Assembly (NCBI GenBank): GCA_024704765.1
Contig: JAKMXF010000244.1
Span: 611,905 to 675,904, forward strand
Length of the DNA stretch: 64,000 nucleotides
Reading direction: 5' to 3'
Source of the DNA: Oopsacas minuta
Taxonomy: Eukaryota > Animalia > Porifera
Numbering within the stretch: position 1 is the first letter of the stretch; every line of letters starts with the position of its first letter. The notes beneath the pieces were generated by a model. That model was not told the DNA's origin. It searched no databases and was given only the letters and a program-made list of their open reading frames with translations. Position numbers and translations under genes: made by a program. Shown in pieces: positions 1 to 11,249 of the stretch.

Positions 1-590
1 GGATGGTTTCGCTTCAAAGAGTTTTGGACTCTAAGTGATGGTGCAAAAAATTTCTTCCATCTTGTTCAACTATCTAAGGAATTACCAGAACCTGATAGAA
101 TTTTGCTCGGAGAGTACTTCAAACAAAAGGGTATTGGAGTCACCCAGAAAATATCCTTATATCTATGCTTTCAGTTAATTCCCCAGATCTTAGAAAGAGA
201 GCCGTAGAAACTATCCTGAAGTGTTGGCAAGTTGTGAATTTACGGAATTTGGACTTTCCAACCCAGCTGAGGAATTTAAAGTACCAAAAGTAAATTTCGA
301 TGCTTCAACTTATTCAAATCTATAGAATTAGATGGATTATCAATGATAGAACCACCATTAACGGTTTATTTCACAGATGTGGAGCTGCATTCAGCCATTG
401 ATGAACCATTGGTAATTCCATCCTATACTTGTCATTCCCAGAATGCAGGAAGATGGGTCAAAGAGGTTACTGAAGCATCCATATAGCGATGCGGTCATCA
501 AGGACGACATAGATACATACTTAACAGAGCCATTTCTAGAGAAAATTTACTTATTTTCAACGCCAAAAAGGATTACCTTATCAATTAGTT
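1..590 (+). mobile_element. Degenerate 3' part of a hAT-related (hATm-like) transposase
   Basis: Frameshifted translation gives YWSHPENILISML, KVPKVNFDAS, EPPLT and CHSQNAGRWVKEVTEAS...RHRYIL, matching the C-terminal PCH.Q.VER.VK.VTEAS motif of this family. The element continues beyond the left edge. Confidence 0.55.
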
Positions 591-617
591 AATGTACAAT
601 CACATAATAATAACATA

Positions 618-2740
618 CGTGACCTACGTAATATAAGGCCTGACTGTTCATTGGGGCCATGGATTACTTAAAGTGCATACATTGAATATGATATGTTGAG
701 ATTAATACCATTGTTTTTGACAATATTCGTCCCAAATGGTAGATAGAAGGTAATCATATTTTGCACTACTACAACAAAAATTGTATAAATAAAGAAATAA
801 GAAATGCTAAAGAGACTGCCAACAGCAAAATTAATTATTTTGATTTGAATTTGGTGTATTTACGAGAGTTATGCGAGCTTTCAGTTAATGTCCTTTTCAA
901 CGAATTCATGTTCTTCACTTTGTTAACTAGGATACAGTTGGTTGCTGAAAAAATAATCTTCTTTAAGATATTCCATCCTATTGTGTCACAAGTAGGGCAT
1001 TTGTTTCTCCAAAACTGAGTTTCATTACTCTCGATTACATTTAATGTTAAGGAAACTAAGATCTTCCGAGATGGACTTGTTATAAAGAGATTGAAGAGAC
1101 TAGAATCCATTTCGATCCTGGAGTAGACCTTCCACAAAATTACAACTGCTTCAAGTACTGGAGCTGAAGGCCACTTAAGGCCTCCTGTCAATCGAACATA
1201 TTAAACCATAGATGGGATCAGTTATATCTAATTCGAGAGTATCTTCCTTAACAAGACTTGACAAACACTGAGAGCAAATACTGCTCACTTCTTCCGTATC
1301 TCTTACGCCAGAAGAGTGAGTAATACCTCGCTTAGAATAGAAAGCACTTTTGAAGATGGAATGAACACAATAACCGGCAATAAAGGCTAAAGATTGAATG
1401 AGAGAAGCATCGAGTATGATTGGTGTCTCCTCTTCATTGAACACTCTGTTATAGGGGTCCAAATCGACTATATTGTCATCGCTAGATTCTTCGGAGATTG
1501 AAAATGACTTTAAAATTCTTTTAATGAGATTCAGCTCTCACCCGGAGTACTAGAGGAGAACAACTTCAGAATTGCAGAAGTCTTAGTCACTCACTTTGCA
1601 AAACTTGGCAAAATGTAACATTGTAATGTCTTCGATTTTAGGAATTAGTGTATTCTCAAGCTGGCACAGTAGAAATTTTAACTGGGGTAACAATTCTGAA
1701 TATTTCTCTAGCATATCGTTCGAAGTTCCTATCTTCTAAATCGTACTTTCAATGCTAGAAGTAGCTTGGCGAATACAGTTTCAACAGGGTCCTTAGTGTA
1801 TACAGAACCTCACTGATGATGGTATCGATTTCTCGAATATCACTAAGATTGTGTATTGTGAGAGGAATTTGAATGTTTTGATTGAAGTCTGTAGGTGTTA
1901 AGGAGTCATTAATTGAAACATATGCTGGTATATATATATGTTTGTCTTTTGACAGCTTTAGCAAGTTGATAGACGTGTCATCTGAAAACCATTTAACCCA
2001 AGAAGAAGGTAGTTCAAATTCTTCGGGTTTACATTTAAGCTCTCCTAATGATTTGACACCGAACTTACTATCCTCAGCTTTATGAAAATCAAGGCTCTGT
2101 TCTAAGGCTTGAAAGAACAATTTATTCTCGATCTTCCCACGATCTAAACGTTCAGGCTTCGGGGATGGTGAGCTAAGATACTTGGGACAACTGGGAAGAA
2201 GACAAGGTATAGCGTTCTTATGTAGAATTGGTCGCCGAGAATTTTTTTGTAATGAGCCATCAGATTGAGGATATCCATTTCAGTGATGACATCTTCAGTA
2301 CGAAAGTGATTAGAACAAACAAATACGTTTTTTAGATCTTCAATATCCTCCCTGTGCAGAGCGCGCGTAGCCATTTTTCTCTAAGTTCAGAGTTTGGGGA
2401 TAATCTGAATACTGGTGTATATGGCCCCCCCCCCCCGAATAATTACTCCGGCATCCAGGTGCAGAGCAAGTGTTAGGCATCAAGGCTAATCAGTGATGAA
2501 ACAGAATTGCAGATTAAGATAAAATTGTAAAATCCTAAATAACGAAAGGCTTGGGAACATAATCTCGGGCTAATTATATATATACCTATATAGGAGAAGT
2601 GATTAAAACAGAATTTCAACAATTCAGATAATGTCAATTTTGCATGTTACAATTATGGGTGAATTACAAAATGCACTTTAAGTAATCCATGGTAGGTAAT
2701 TTTATGCACAATAGTCAGGCTTTATATCACGTAGGTCACG
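618..2740. repeat. Inverted repeat pair, probably termini of two related elements in opposite orientation
   Basis: 657-678 (ccatggattacttaaagtgcat) is the exact reverse complement of 2671-2692. 618-645 matches the reverse complement of 2713-2740 with 2 mismatches. Confidence 0.7.
761..2374 (-). mobile_element. Internally deleted THAP / P-element-like transposase remnant
   Basis: ORF 2144-2374 has the THAP motif VCSNHF. ORFs 1175-1462 and 835-1191 have the P-type C-terminal motifs LAFIAGY..C..C and GGLKWPS. The catalytic core is absent. Confidence 0.7.
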
Positions 2741-4311
2741 CAACATAGAAATCCTTGTAAAATACAATCAAGAACATTAAATTGTTATTTATTGTGGAAT
2801 ACAGAACGCAGATTCAATGGGAAGATATTAGGAATCGAGGATAAAGTAAAAGTATGTCATAAACCGGACAAATAAGGCCCTTTTTCCATTGTGCCAACCT
2901 AAATGAATTTGTTACATGGTGTAAATGATCAAAATGTTAGGTTGTTTATATATATTTGGGTAAATGACATCCAACCACACCCCAAATTACCCGAGCCGAA
3001 AGAAATTGAGTGGAATAGTATTTTTCACAACATCCTAATGCACATATTCTTATAGTGATACTTGTTCTCATTATCAAGTATTTGAACTATGAACACAATA
3101 TGATTGTTTGCAAGTTTGTGAAGCAAACATTATAGAAGACATAATTTATTATTTCCCAATTACTAACGATATCTATCTATCGACAGATGATACTTTTCAC
3201 AACTTCCAATTAAATAATGTTAGGTGGTTATGTTGTTCTTGTCCTTCAAAGTGCAGGCAACACTTAAGACACTAGTAAATTTTCGAATATTCTCGAAAAA
3301 GCTGGATCAAATACACAAAAAAGCTTGAATATACACAATATCAACAAAGACCGATACCATTCAATTTTGATGAAAGCCAAATAGCAATTTACAACCACAA
3401 GCTCTGCCATGGCATCAATTTATCTTTAATTTGTATCCTGAAAAGAATTATGTGACTATAGCTACAAATTCAATGAAGAAGAGAAGTTTAAACTAGAGAA
3501 GGTTAGAATAATTATCTATTTAGAAAATGAGAGAAACGAATTCAAAAATTATAAGGGTTTATATTTATAATCAATGAACCACTCGCTCGGTCATTTCGCG
3601 ACGATTTACTCAACCGCACTGGTTCTGGGTATGCAATTTTATTTAGTATGGTCGGTTATCCTAGGTATTTAGGCGTTGAAAACAAGTCATTACAATTATA
3701 AAGGAATTTCAATATATATATTTACTGTACCGACTATACTATTGTATGGTGCTCCGGTATTAAAATGGGTGTTCTCCTAGACTGTCTACAAACTCCAATA
3801 GAATTATTAAAAATTCTAGGCCTGATAGCCTTTCCAACATTATAGGAAATTTTATTAATTAATTGTAATATAGAAAAGACAACTGGTCTACAAGTATAGG
3901 CTACATATAAGATTGTTCATATGATTGCAATTAACTCGTCCCCAATTACCCCCTTGCTAAATTTGCCTGTGCTTGGTGACTTAATATTTCAAATTATATT
4001 GTACGTATATAGTTTACAGTGCAAGATGTAGTGGACCCTGCAATTGCCTGGCAGTCTTAGAATGTCAGAACAGTTTACTTTTAAACATCAACAACAAATA
4101 CTTTGTTCATTACAGTTTGATATATGATTATAGCGAGTTGATGACCATGAATAGAAATACTTTGTAAGGTTACTTGAGGTATGTGTTTTGTTTAAAATCT
4201 TATTCTTGAGATATTAGCATACCTATATACTTACTACCTAACTCTTCGTTTTACTCTTTAGAGACAAGAACAGGAAGCTTATCAGAATAGATAGAGCAAT
4301 ACATTCTATTA

Positions 4312-4788
4312 CAGTGCTAGCCGCTTAATCGGGATAGCTCGGGAGTCAATGATTTGTCCCGATTAACCGATTATGATGTATTTAGGTATTCAAAAATAGT
4401 TTCATAGTCTCAGATCATAACCAGAAATATATTATTACACTACTATTAAATCCTGATTATATGCAGTGAGCAAGGTTTAAAATATTAGTTTGTAAATTGC
4501 AATTGTATCGGTGTTGTATTGTTATGGTTGTAGAAAATTACCATTCCTAGTTTTAAAACCAAACCATATTACAATGATTCTGAATATATATACAATCGTT
4601 TAATTAGGATGAAATCCCAATTAAGCGAATACAATGTTCATATTCGGTTAATCGGGATAAAAATCCAGATTAACCGATTCGATATCCCCATAATCCGATG
4701 ATTTTCTATGTAAAATCTGTCCCCAAATCATTGTCCCGTTTAAGTGGATATCCCAATTATCCGAGTCCCGATTAAGCTGCTTCCACTG
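4312..4788. mobile_element. pogo/Tigger-like MITE (477 bp)
   Basis: TIRs CAGTG..AGC.GCTTAATCGGGA at both ends. TA flanks at 4310-4311 and 4789-4790. No ORF. Confidence 0.8.
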
Positions 4789-5200
4789 TATCACATTGCC
4801 TATCAGGCATGGAACACCTATCTAAGAACAGTAGAAATTATGAATCAATCTACATATGTCTAAAGTGTAACGATCATCCCGATGTGATAATTTTAGACGT
4901 GTTGCGTGAGATTTTAACTCATTAGTATTAACGGACCAGGGATAGTCTTTCACCGTGAGATTTTAACTCATCTATATTAATGCTTCATCGATCTTGTTCT
5001 AGTATGAAATTTTAACTCTTACTTATCCGTTGCATTTTCTTACTCCTATTGTAAATAATATGGTTATCTACGTACATACATTTTCCATTGGTTTACGTAG
5101 GTTTATACGATTGGTGGTCTTACTACTTTTTCTTCCAAAGAAATTGTTAGAAAACCCTGTTTCGGGCATTTCATATAGAATCCGTTCTCCAAGCTAAAAG

Positions 5201-8200
5201 ATGTTAGCAGCCGAATACGAAGACATTAGAATCTTTTTTACACAAGATCTGTATCCCACAGCTGTCTTTCAATCTAAGATTACATGTCATGCCAAAAAGA
5301 ACTTTCGTGTGAAGGCTTCACAATATGTAATCGGAGAGAAAACAAACTTTTCAAGGTATTTAACAGAACATTCTAGAACACAATGACCTTGTTCAGTATT
5401 TTATCGTATGTTAACTTTCCAAAGATCTACTTATTCCATTATTTAAACCAGACACATAATTACTGAATGATAAGGGTTGAATTTTCGGCACATGGCTAAA
5501 ATTGTGAGGGGAGCCAGTTTTGCAGCTCTGCTCTAAATATCAATGTGCTTATAGTGAGATAACTAATATTTTTTAATTATTCTACAATATCTTTTAACGT
5601 GTCATTAGGTGATCAATAGTGGAAGTAATTCGCGCTCATTAGAGGTTGTCTGCTTAGTCCAAGTCTCAGATAATATCAGACGCTACCATGACAGTGCTGC
5701 ATATCCTGGAATCAACACTACAATCAAGTCTATCAAACATGAATATTTCTGGCCAGGGATGAGCAAAGATTTTAGAAATTATGTAAGTTTTATTAATATT
5801 TACAATTGAAATGCCATCCAATTCCAAGTGATCCAACTGAATTGATACCAATGTATTATCTTTCTAGAGTTATTGACTGTCATAAATTGCTCGCTCTAAC
5901 CCCGTTACAATATTGTATCAACATAATATCCGTTAGATATGCCAGCGTGGTTTTTCCTTTTAATGAATTAGGAATAAAACTGTACAGATCCCAGTTTCCT
6001 CGAGTTTTGTGGTGAAAGTGCTGGATATAGTTGCATCTGTTATCACGAACCGAACCTCAAGGGAAAATCTGTTTGAGTTAGCGTCAACTGCACATCGAAA
6101 TAGTATATTATATATCCAAGTCTTATTCTTTCAAAAGCAACGGACCTGCCCCACTAGTTGTGGCGCTGATGTCATAGGTGTGATCTGTATATTACTTATA
6201 TTTTGCAAATACGTATGATATCCCAGACACTGTTTCTGGGTAATTCTTAGTCAAAACAAAATCAATTAATAGTTGTTTTGAAATAAAATAAGAATTGCCA
6301 TGACTTTCTGGACCCACCAAGCAGAATTAAAATTATTATATTACTCTTGAAAGGTTTTGAACTTAGATCTTGTAATGATTATTTTTGCTTAATCATTATG
6401 CAAGATTTCAAAAATCTGTGGTATGCAAACTTGTACATCACATCATTCATGTGTTTGTAGATTACGTAATACCTCTTTCTCCTTAGGTCCAATCTTGTCG
6501 TAATTGTCAATTGACTGGTGCACTACCACCTCAGCCTCAAAGGAAACTTCAACCAATTCCTCCACCTGACCAACCCTGGAATCACATCGGTATTGATCTG
6601 GTCTGTGATTTGCAGGAGAATACTGAAGGATATAAACATATTTTGGTCACAACTTGTTATTTGTCCAAATTCTGTCCAGTTCGCCCATTGAAAACCAAGA
6701 CCAGTAGAGAGGTCTTGACTCAGCTGGAGAACATATATTTTACTCTAGGAGTGCCTCAGATAATTCAACATGATCAAAGACGTGAGTTTGTCAGCAAGGT
6801 GTGTTACCTTTTTAATTAAAATTATCCTATATGTATGATATTAACTAAATTGGATGAGACTGGTCACGTTCCGTTGCTTAGAGAGGTTAATTTAATTATA
6901 AATTAATATACAGTGGAACCTACAGATAATCCGACATGGAAATAGTGTCTGATTTATATAGATATTCAACTATAGCTATTATTGTACTAAAATAACTGAT
7001 TTTCAAACCTAAATTTAGGAGTTTCAGGATTTTCACCACAAACTAAAAGTTCACAACCGTAAGACAACTGCTTACCACCCACAGAGTAACGGGCTTGTCG
7101 AAGTGCACAATAAAATCATCAAAACGTTAGTAGTATATAGAATACTAAAATCAACCAGTCATAATTGTTTTATTGCTTTGCCTACTTTAGCAAACTCCAC
7201 AAAATGCTAGTAGAAACAAGTGCAGAGTGTCCAAGCAAATTACAAGCTGCTGTTCTAGCTGCTAACACCTGCTGGAAGAAATCAACAGACTACTCACCAT
7301 TCTATCTGATGTACGGGAGAGAAGCTAATTTCAGTCTTCTACTCGACCATTCTAACATGTTTCATTTTGAGGAAGAGGAGGAAGAACTGAACAATCTACA
7401 ACTGCAAACTTCTAGCGATGAAAAAGATGATGATACATTCTCTCCAGAACTTGAATATTCTGATGGTTGGATAGAGTCTTTGATGGAAGCTCGTTCAAAA
7501 TCCAAATTACATGCCCAAGAAAATATTCACAAGGAACAACAAATACAAAAATACCAATTCGATGATAAGGTTAAAAAGAACTGGTAATCAATCATGTAGC
7601 TATTAACTTTTGATAATCAATTATGTAATCACATTTCCCAGTACGAGCATAAAGCAAGGAGATCAGATACTCGTTCGTAACATGCAAAAAGCAAAGAAAA
7701 TGCCTGGAACCAAGAAAGGAGGCAAATACATTGGTCCCATGACAATAGCTAAAGTGACAGAGAGTTATGCATTGGTTTTCAAGGAAGGTAGTGATTTCAA
7801 TTTAGCAAGTATCCATTACACTTGACACGACAATATGTTCCGCGATCAGAAGCCAAATCGCCTAAACGTGAATGCACGGATATACCTACAGATGTGGTGA
7901 CTAAGAAATTCAAGGTATGTACATAATCATTTCATTGCCCAAAGCCTTTACTTTAGCACGTTTCATTTGCTTATATAGAAAAGTGAAAAGGAAGTAACTA
8001 TGCTTCCTGGTAATTGGAAATTTGGCATCTCAAAGGAATCGCTCCTCAACGAACTAGAAAATTTCAAGGTATTCGTTCGCTTTCATTGTTGTCTACATTA
8101 TCTATGACCAAATTAAATTTCTCAATTATCTCTTATTTTCGAAATAACGTACACTTATACACTATTCTTTTAGTTAGCATATACCGATCACAAGAATCGT

Positions 8201-9290
8201 GGAGTATATCTCTCGAAATTTCACGAGACATTGCAGAAGTCACGTAATGTAAAAGACTTCTGCATCCCTCTTGTGATCGCGTATCAGGTATTAAAAGATT
8301 GCAGCCCCGAAACAATGGTTAGTGCAACTTTATATTTTAACTTTCAAATTCACATAGGTCTGTTTCTTATTTTTTCGTAACTAATCCTAGCTAAATGATA
8401 TTGATTATATGAATATTCGAGTTTGTTCTGTTTATAGAGAAGAGAGATTACTTACAGCCTGATGGAGTTCTCTAAACACATCTATCCAGACATGGGGCCT
8501 ACACAAGCCTGGGACTACGTTGATAAAGTGTTATATGCACTGGTAATGTTTTTGTGTCACTTATATGAATAGTTAAAGTTATCTAATGTTGCTACCAGCT
8601 ATGCTAATTTAGGCAATCGATTTCATAGAAAAGAATTTATTCAACCTAAGAGTAGATGAACTTCACACCTCGATATTCACCACCTAGAGTCTGATAACCC
8701 CATCATTACCCCCATTAAGACTGAGTGGCAGAAAGAGAAGTGCAATCTGTTAGAAATTCAATTCCAACAACCAACTGACTAACATTCTACTATGGCAGGG
8801 CGTAGAGTGGGAGATTATGAGTCGTGGGAGTGCACCAGTATTGAACGTGATGGCAACTGTCTCTTTAGATGTCTGTCTAAACTCATTTCAGGAAGTCAAG
8901 AGTATCATGCCAAGATCCGGGGTGAGTGATGGGAAGGATGTTAATAATTGGTACTTCAATGAGGTTCTGGCTACTACTCCCTCTCACCATATTAACAGTA
9001 CTTCCATGAGCAGCAATGGCAGCTGGGCTACTGATGCTGAATTAATTGCAGCCTCTGCACTACTCGAGGCTGATATCTATGTTGCCAACAAAATTTATCG
9101 AACGGAGGGAAGCTTAGATACTGAAATCCGGTGGTCACGTTTAAGAGCTTCTAACAACTACACCAACAACCCTACTCTATACATTGCAAACTATTCTGAC
9201 CATTATGAGCCAGTCTACTGTATGTTTAATAGTAAAAATCCGACTTTCTCCTTCAGCGATAAAACTCTTATTGGAATCACTGATTCATAA
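5201..9290 (+). pseudogene. Multi-exon Ginger transposase: H2C2 zinc finger, DDE integrase, GPY/F motif, C-terminal OTU cysteine-protease domain
   Basis: Phase-compatible GT-AG exons 5609-5782, 6487-6798, 7019-7125, 7191-7583 and 7642-7787 give YFWPGM..YVQSCRNC, IGIDL, QHDQRREF, YHPQSNGLVE, YSPFYLMYGRE and KYIGPM. OTU motifs: DGNCLFRCLS (~8848), WATDAEL and DHYEPV. Lesions: zinc-finger His to Tyr (AAYPG), DQG to DQR, and a frameshift near 8925. Confidence 0.85.
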
Positions 9291-9310
9291 GCATTAACCT
9301 CTACTGTGTT

Positions 9311-9447
9311 TTCGAAAGCGCTCAAAGGTAAGGTACCTCGAACCTTGTGGGGACCTCTGCTCGAGGTTATTCAGGCAACGCAATCCCTATCATGGTGAGC
9401 CCAGATAATGGAAACGTGACCTGCAACGGCACATCTCTAGTGGCGAA
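9311..9447 (+). ncRNA. Conserved structured non-coding module in the Ginger 3' UTR (class unknown)
   Basis: ~89% identical (14 substitutions, 1 indel counted by eye) to the reverse complement of 37395-37530. Hairpins aaggt/acctt and acctc/gaggt and outer helices gggga/tccct and gctca/tgagc are intact in both copies. Confidence 0.5.
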
Positions 9448-9489
9448 AACAAGAAGTAATACCACTTAAATACGCCAATTCAACTAACT

Positions 9490-9548
9490 CAAGTGTATTG
9501 CGAGAAAGGCAACGCAACTGACGAGTCCAAGCCGGGGCGAAACACTTG
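9490..9548 (+). ncRNA. Type III hammerhead ribozyme (predicted cleavage GUA after 9497)
   Basis: Helix III caagtgt 9490-9496 / acacttg 9542-9548 (7 bp). Helix I ttgcg 9498-9502 / cgcaa 9513-9517. Core CUGACGA 9518-9524. Helix II gtcc/gggc 9525-9538. GAAA 9539-9542. Loop I GGC (9508-9510) is complementary to loop II GCC (9531-9533). Confidence 0.9.
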
Positions 9549-11249
9549 TTCACCTGTCTATCCTGTGTTCTTGCTGTTGGAATTCCAAATGATGTATGGG
9601 AAAACAATAAGAAGGTCCGAAAACGTCTAATTGGTAAATGGTTAATATGATACCATTCTTATGGCAACCCCGATGTCCTGGTCTGTGTCATGCCAAAACA
9701 GTAAAGTTCAATATAAGCCTATCCGACGAAACTCACCCAAGTTACCGATCAAAGTACACCACACAAGTATGCAAACTCTCACCGGGTTGTGCCACAAGCA
9801 TATCCGAACCAAGTATACTAGACCAAAGTACCCTGACTCAAATATGACAGTCTCGCCAATATATATACCATATACACCAGGAAGATGAGGATGACTCATT
9901 CAAAGATATTGCATTTGATCATATTAAATACTTCATTTGATATATAATTATTGTAATATATTAAATGTACATAAAAATTGTTAAAATTGACTTCGTTTTG
10001 TTTTAGAATATTTGATGATTTTCAGTACTCTACTGATGCATTAATATAGATGAGTTAAAATCTCACGGTGAAAGACTATCCCTGGTCCAATAATAGTAAT
10101 GAGTTAAAATCTCACGCAACAGACGACATAGCTATGGGAATAATGAAATCGGTTCCAGGAGTGACTGAAAATTTTGATCAGGATCAGCAATAGTCTGTGA
10201 TCCCATTTTCAGATCGTGGTTTTATCCCTGACACAGTAATTAGAAAGCAACTCCTTAAATACCTTTTTAAAGGTTCGGGCTTGTCACTCTACATCCCAAA
10301 GTTTTCCCGATGTTGGAAGAATCCTAACACAAATAGTGAGTCTAATTAGTAGAGAGTCAAGAAAAGTGGAATATACTTCACAAAGCGAAAACTATTACAA
10401 TTATTTCCAGCATTCATTACAAACTACAAGTAAGTTAAAACTACCGTGTGTGTTTACACCGTAGATACTTAATGCTATTCAACTTTTTTGTATTTTACCA
10501 TTCGACTATACATCTATATGTTACGGGTATACGAAAAGCTAGAAGTTGAGTCAGCAGAAAAGGGTCCCAAAAGGTTTCCAAATCACAAAAGATATTCCCC
10601 CCTGAATAGTAGCAATCGCTTATAAACATAGGATTTCTTATGGTTTCAAAATCCTCAGACAACACGAACCTACAGCTGTTATATATAATTTGTTGATGAC
10701 TATATTCAGAGAACAGCTAAAAGTGATCATCTACAATAATGCTTGCAACTTACACGAACATGTATGAAAGGTATGTACACATAACAAGTTGGGTACAAAT
10801 GAAAGATAGTCGAGATTTCAGATAGGAAATAATTTGTGATTTTAATATAGGGACCCTAATTTACTTCGTAAGACAACATTTACGATCATCAATTTAATTC
10901 TACAAACCACAAGTGCACTCTCTTATTATTTGAGGTCAATTCAGACTGACGAGATGAAAAAACTTATCTCACAAATTTGCGAGCAGACTTAATCACTAAG
11001 AAGGATAGCAACACAAATCGCAAAGATGCGTATTGATAATGTATTCCTCACTATAAGATATTTTCTAGCTGGTGGGAATCAGCATATTCAATCACAAAAA
11101 ATATGAATATATTAAAATAGTTTATATGTTAGGAGACTAACGACTATTGTGATCAATATAAGTTATCGACGTCTTTGTCAATATCTTCATGTCCCACACA
11201 TAGTTTGTGGAACCATTTAAGAATTTGGGATATTCAATCATATTTTTGA

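Larger units (their letters stand above)
4900..10121 (+). mobile_element. Full-length Ginger (gypsy-integrase-related) DNA transposon, 5222 bp
   Basis: ~84-bp TIRs beginning TGTTGCGTGAGATTTTAACTCAT and ending ..CTCACGCAACA, with 3 mismatches. Each TIR holds two CGTGAGATTTTAACTCAT direct repeats. 4-bp TSD GACG at 4896-4899 and 10122-10125. Confidence 0.93.
4260..11080 (+). mobile_element. KDZ (Kyakuja-Dileera-Zisupton)-like transposase remnant, interrupted by a MITE and the Ginger element
   Basis: Removing both insertions gives AYQAWNTYL..YICLKCNDHPDVIILDDIAMG. Downstream: HRISYGFKILRQHEP..IIYNNACNLHEH (10621-10762), a gtatgt..atag intron, then RDP..FTI..NHK and ICEQ (10850-10990). Confidence 0.6.

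Noticed and set aside
9311-9447. Assignment of the structured module to HDV-like, twister, twister-sister, hatchet, tRNA or vault RNA
   Set aside because: Only isolated motifs match (CCUCG loop, GCGAA, GGTTCGA on the opposite strand). The required helices or A-box could not be built in both copies.
9510-9579. Alternative type I hammerhead fold using caacgcaa/ttgctgttg as helix I
   Set aside because: Needs an extra nucleotide at the cleavage site and has a weaker helix III. The type III fold (9490-9548) is fully canonical.
9708-9899. GVYGIYIGET as a GIY-YIG (Penelope) endonuclease
   Set aside because: No 10-11-residue spacer between the motifs, no downstream R/E/H motifs, and no RT nearby.
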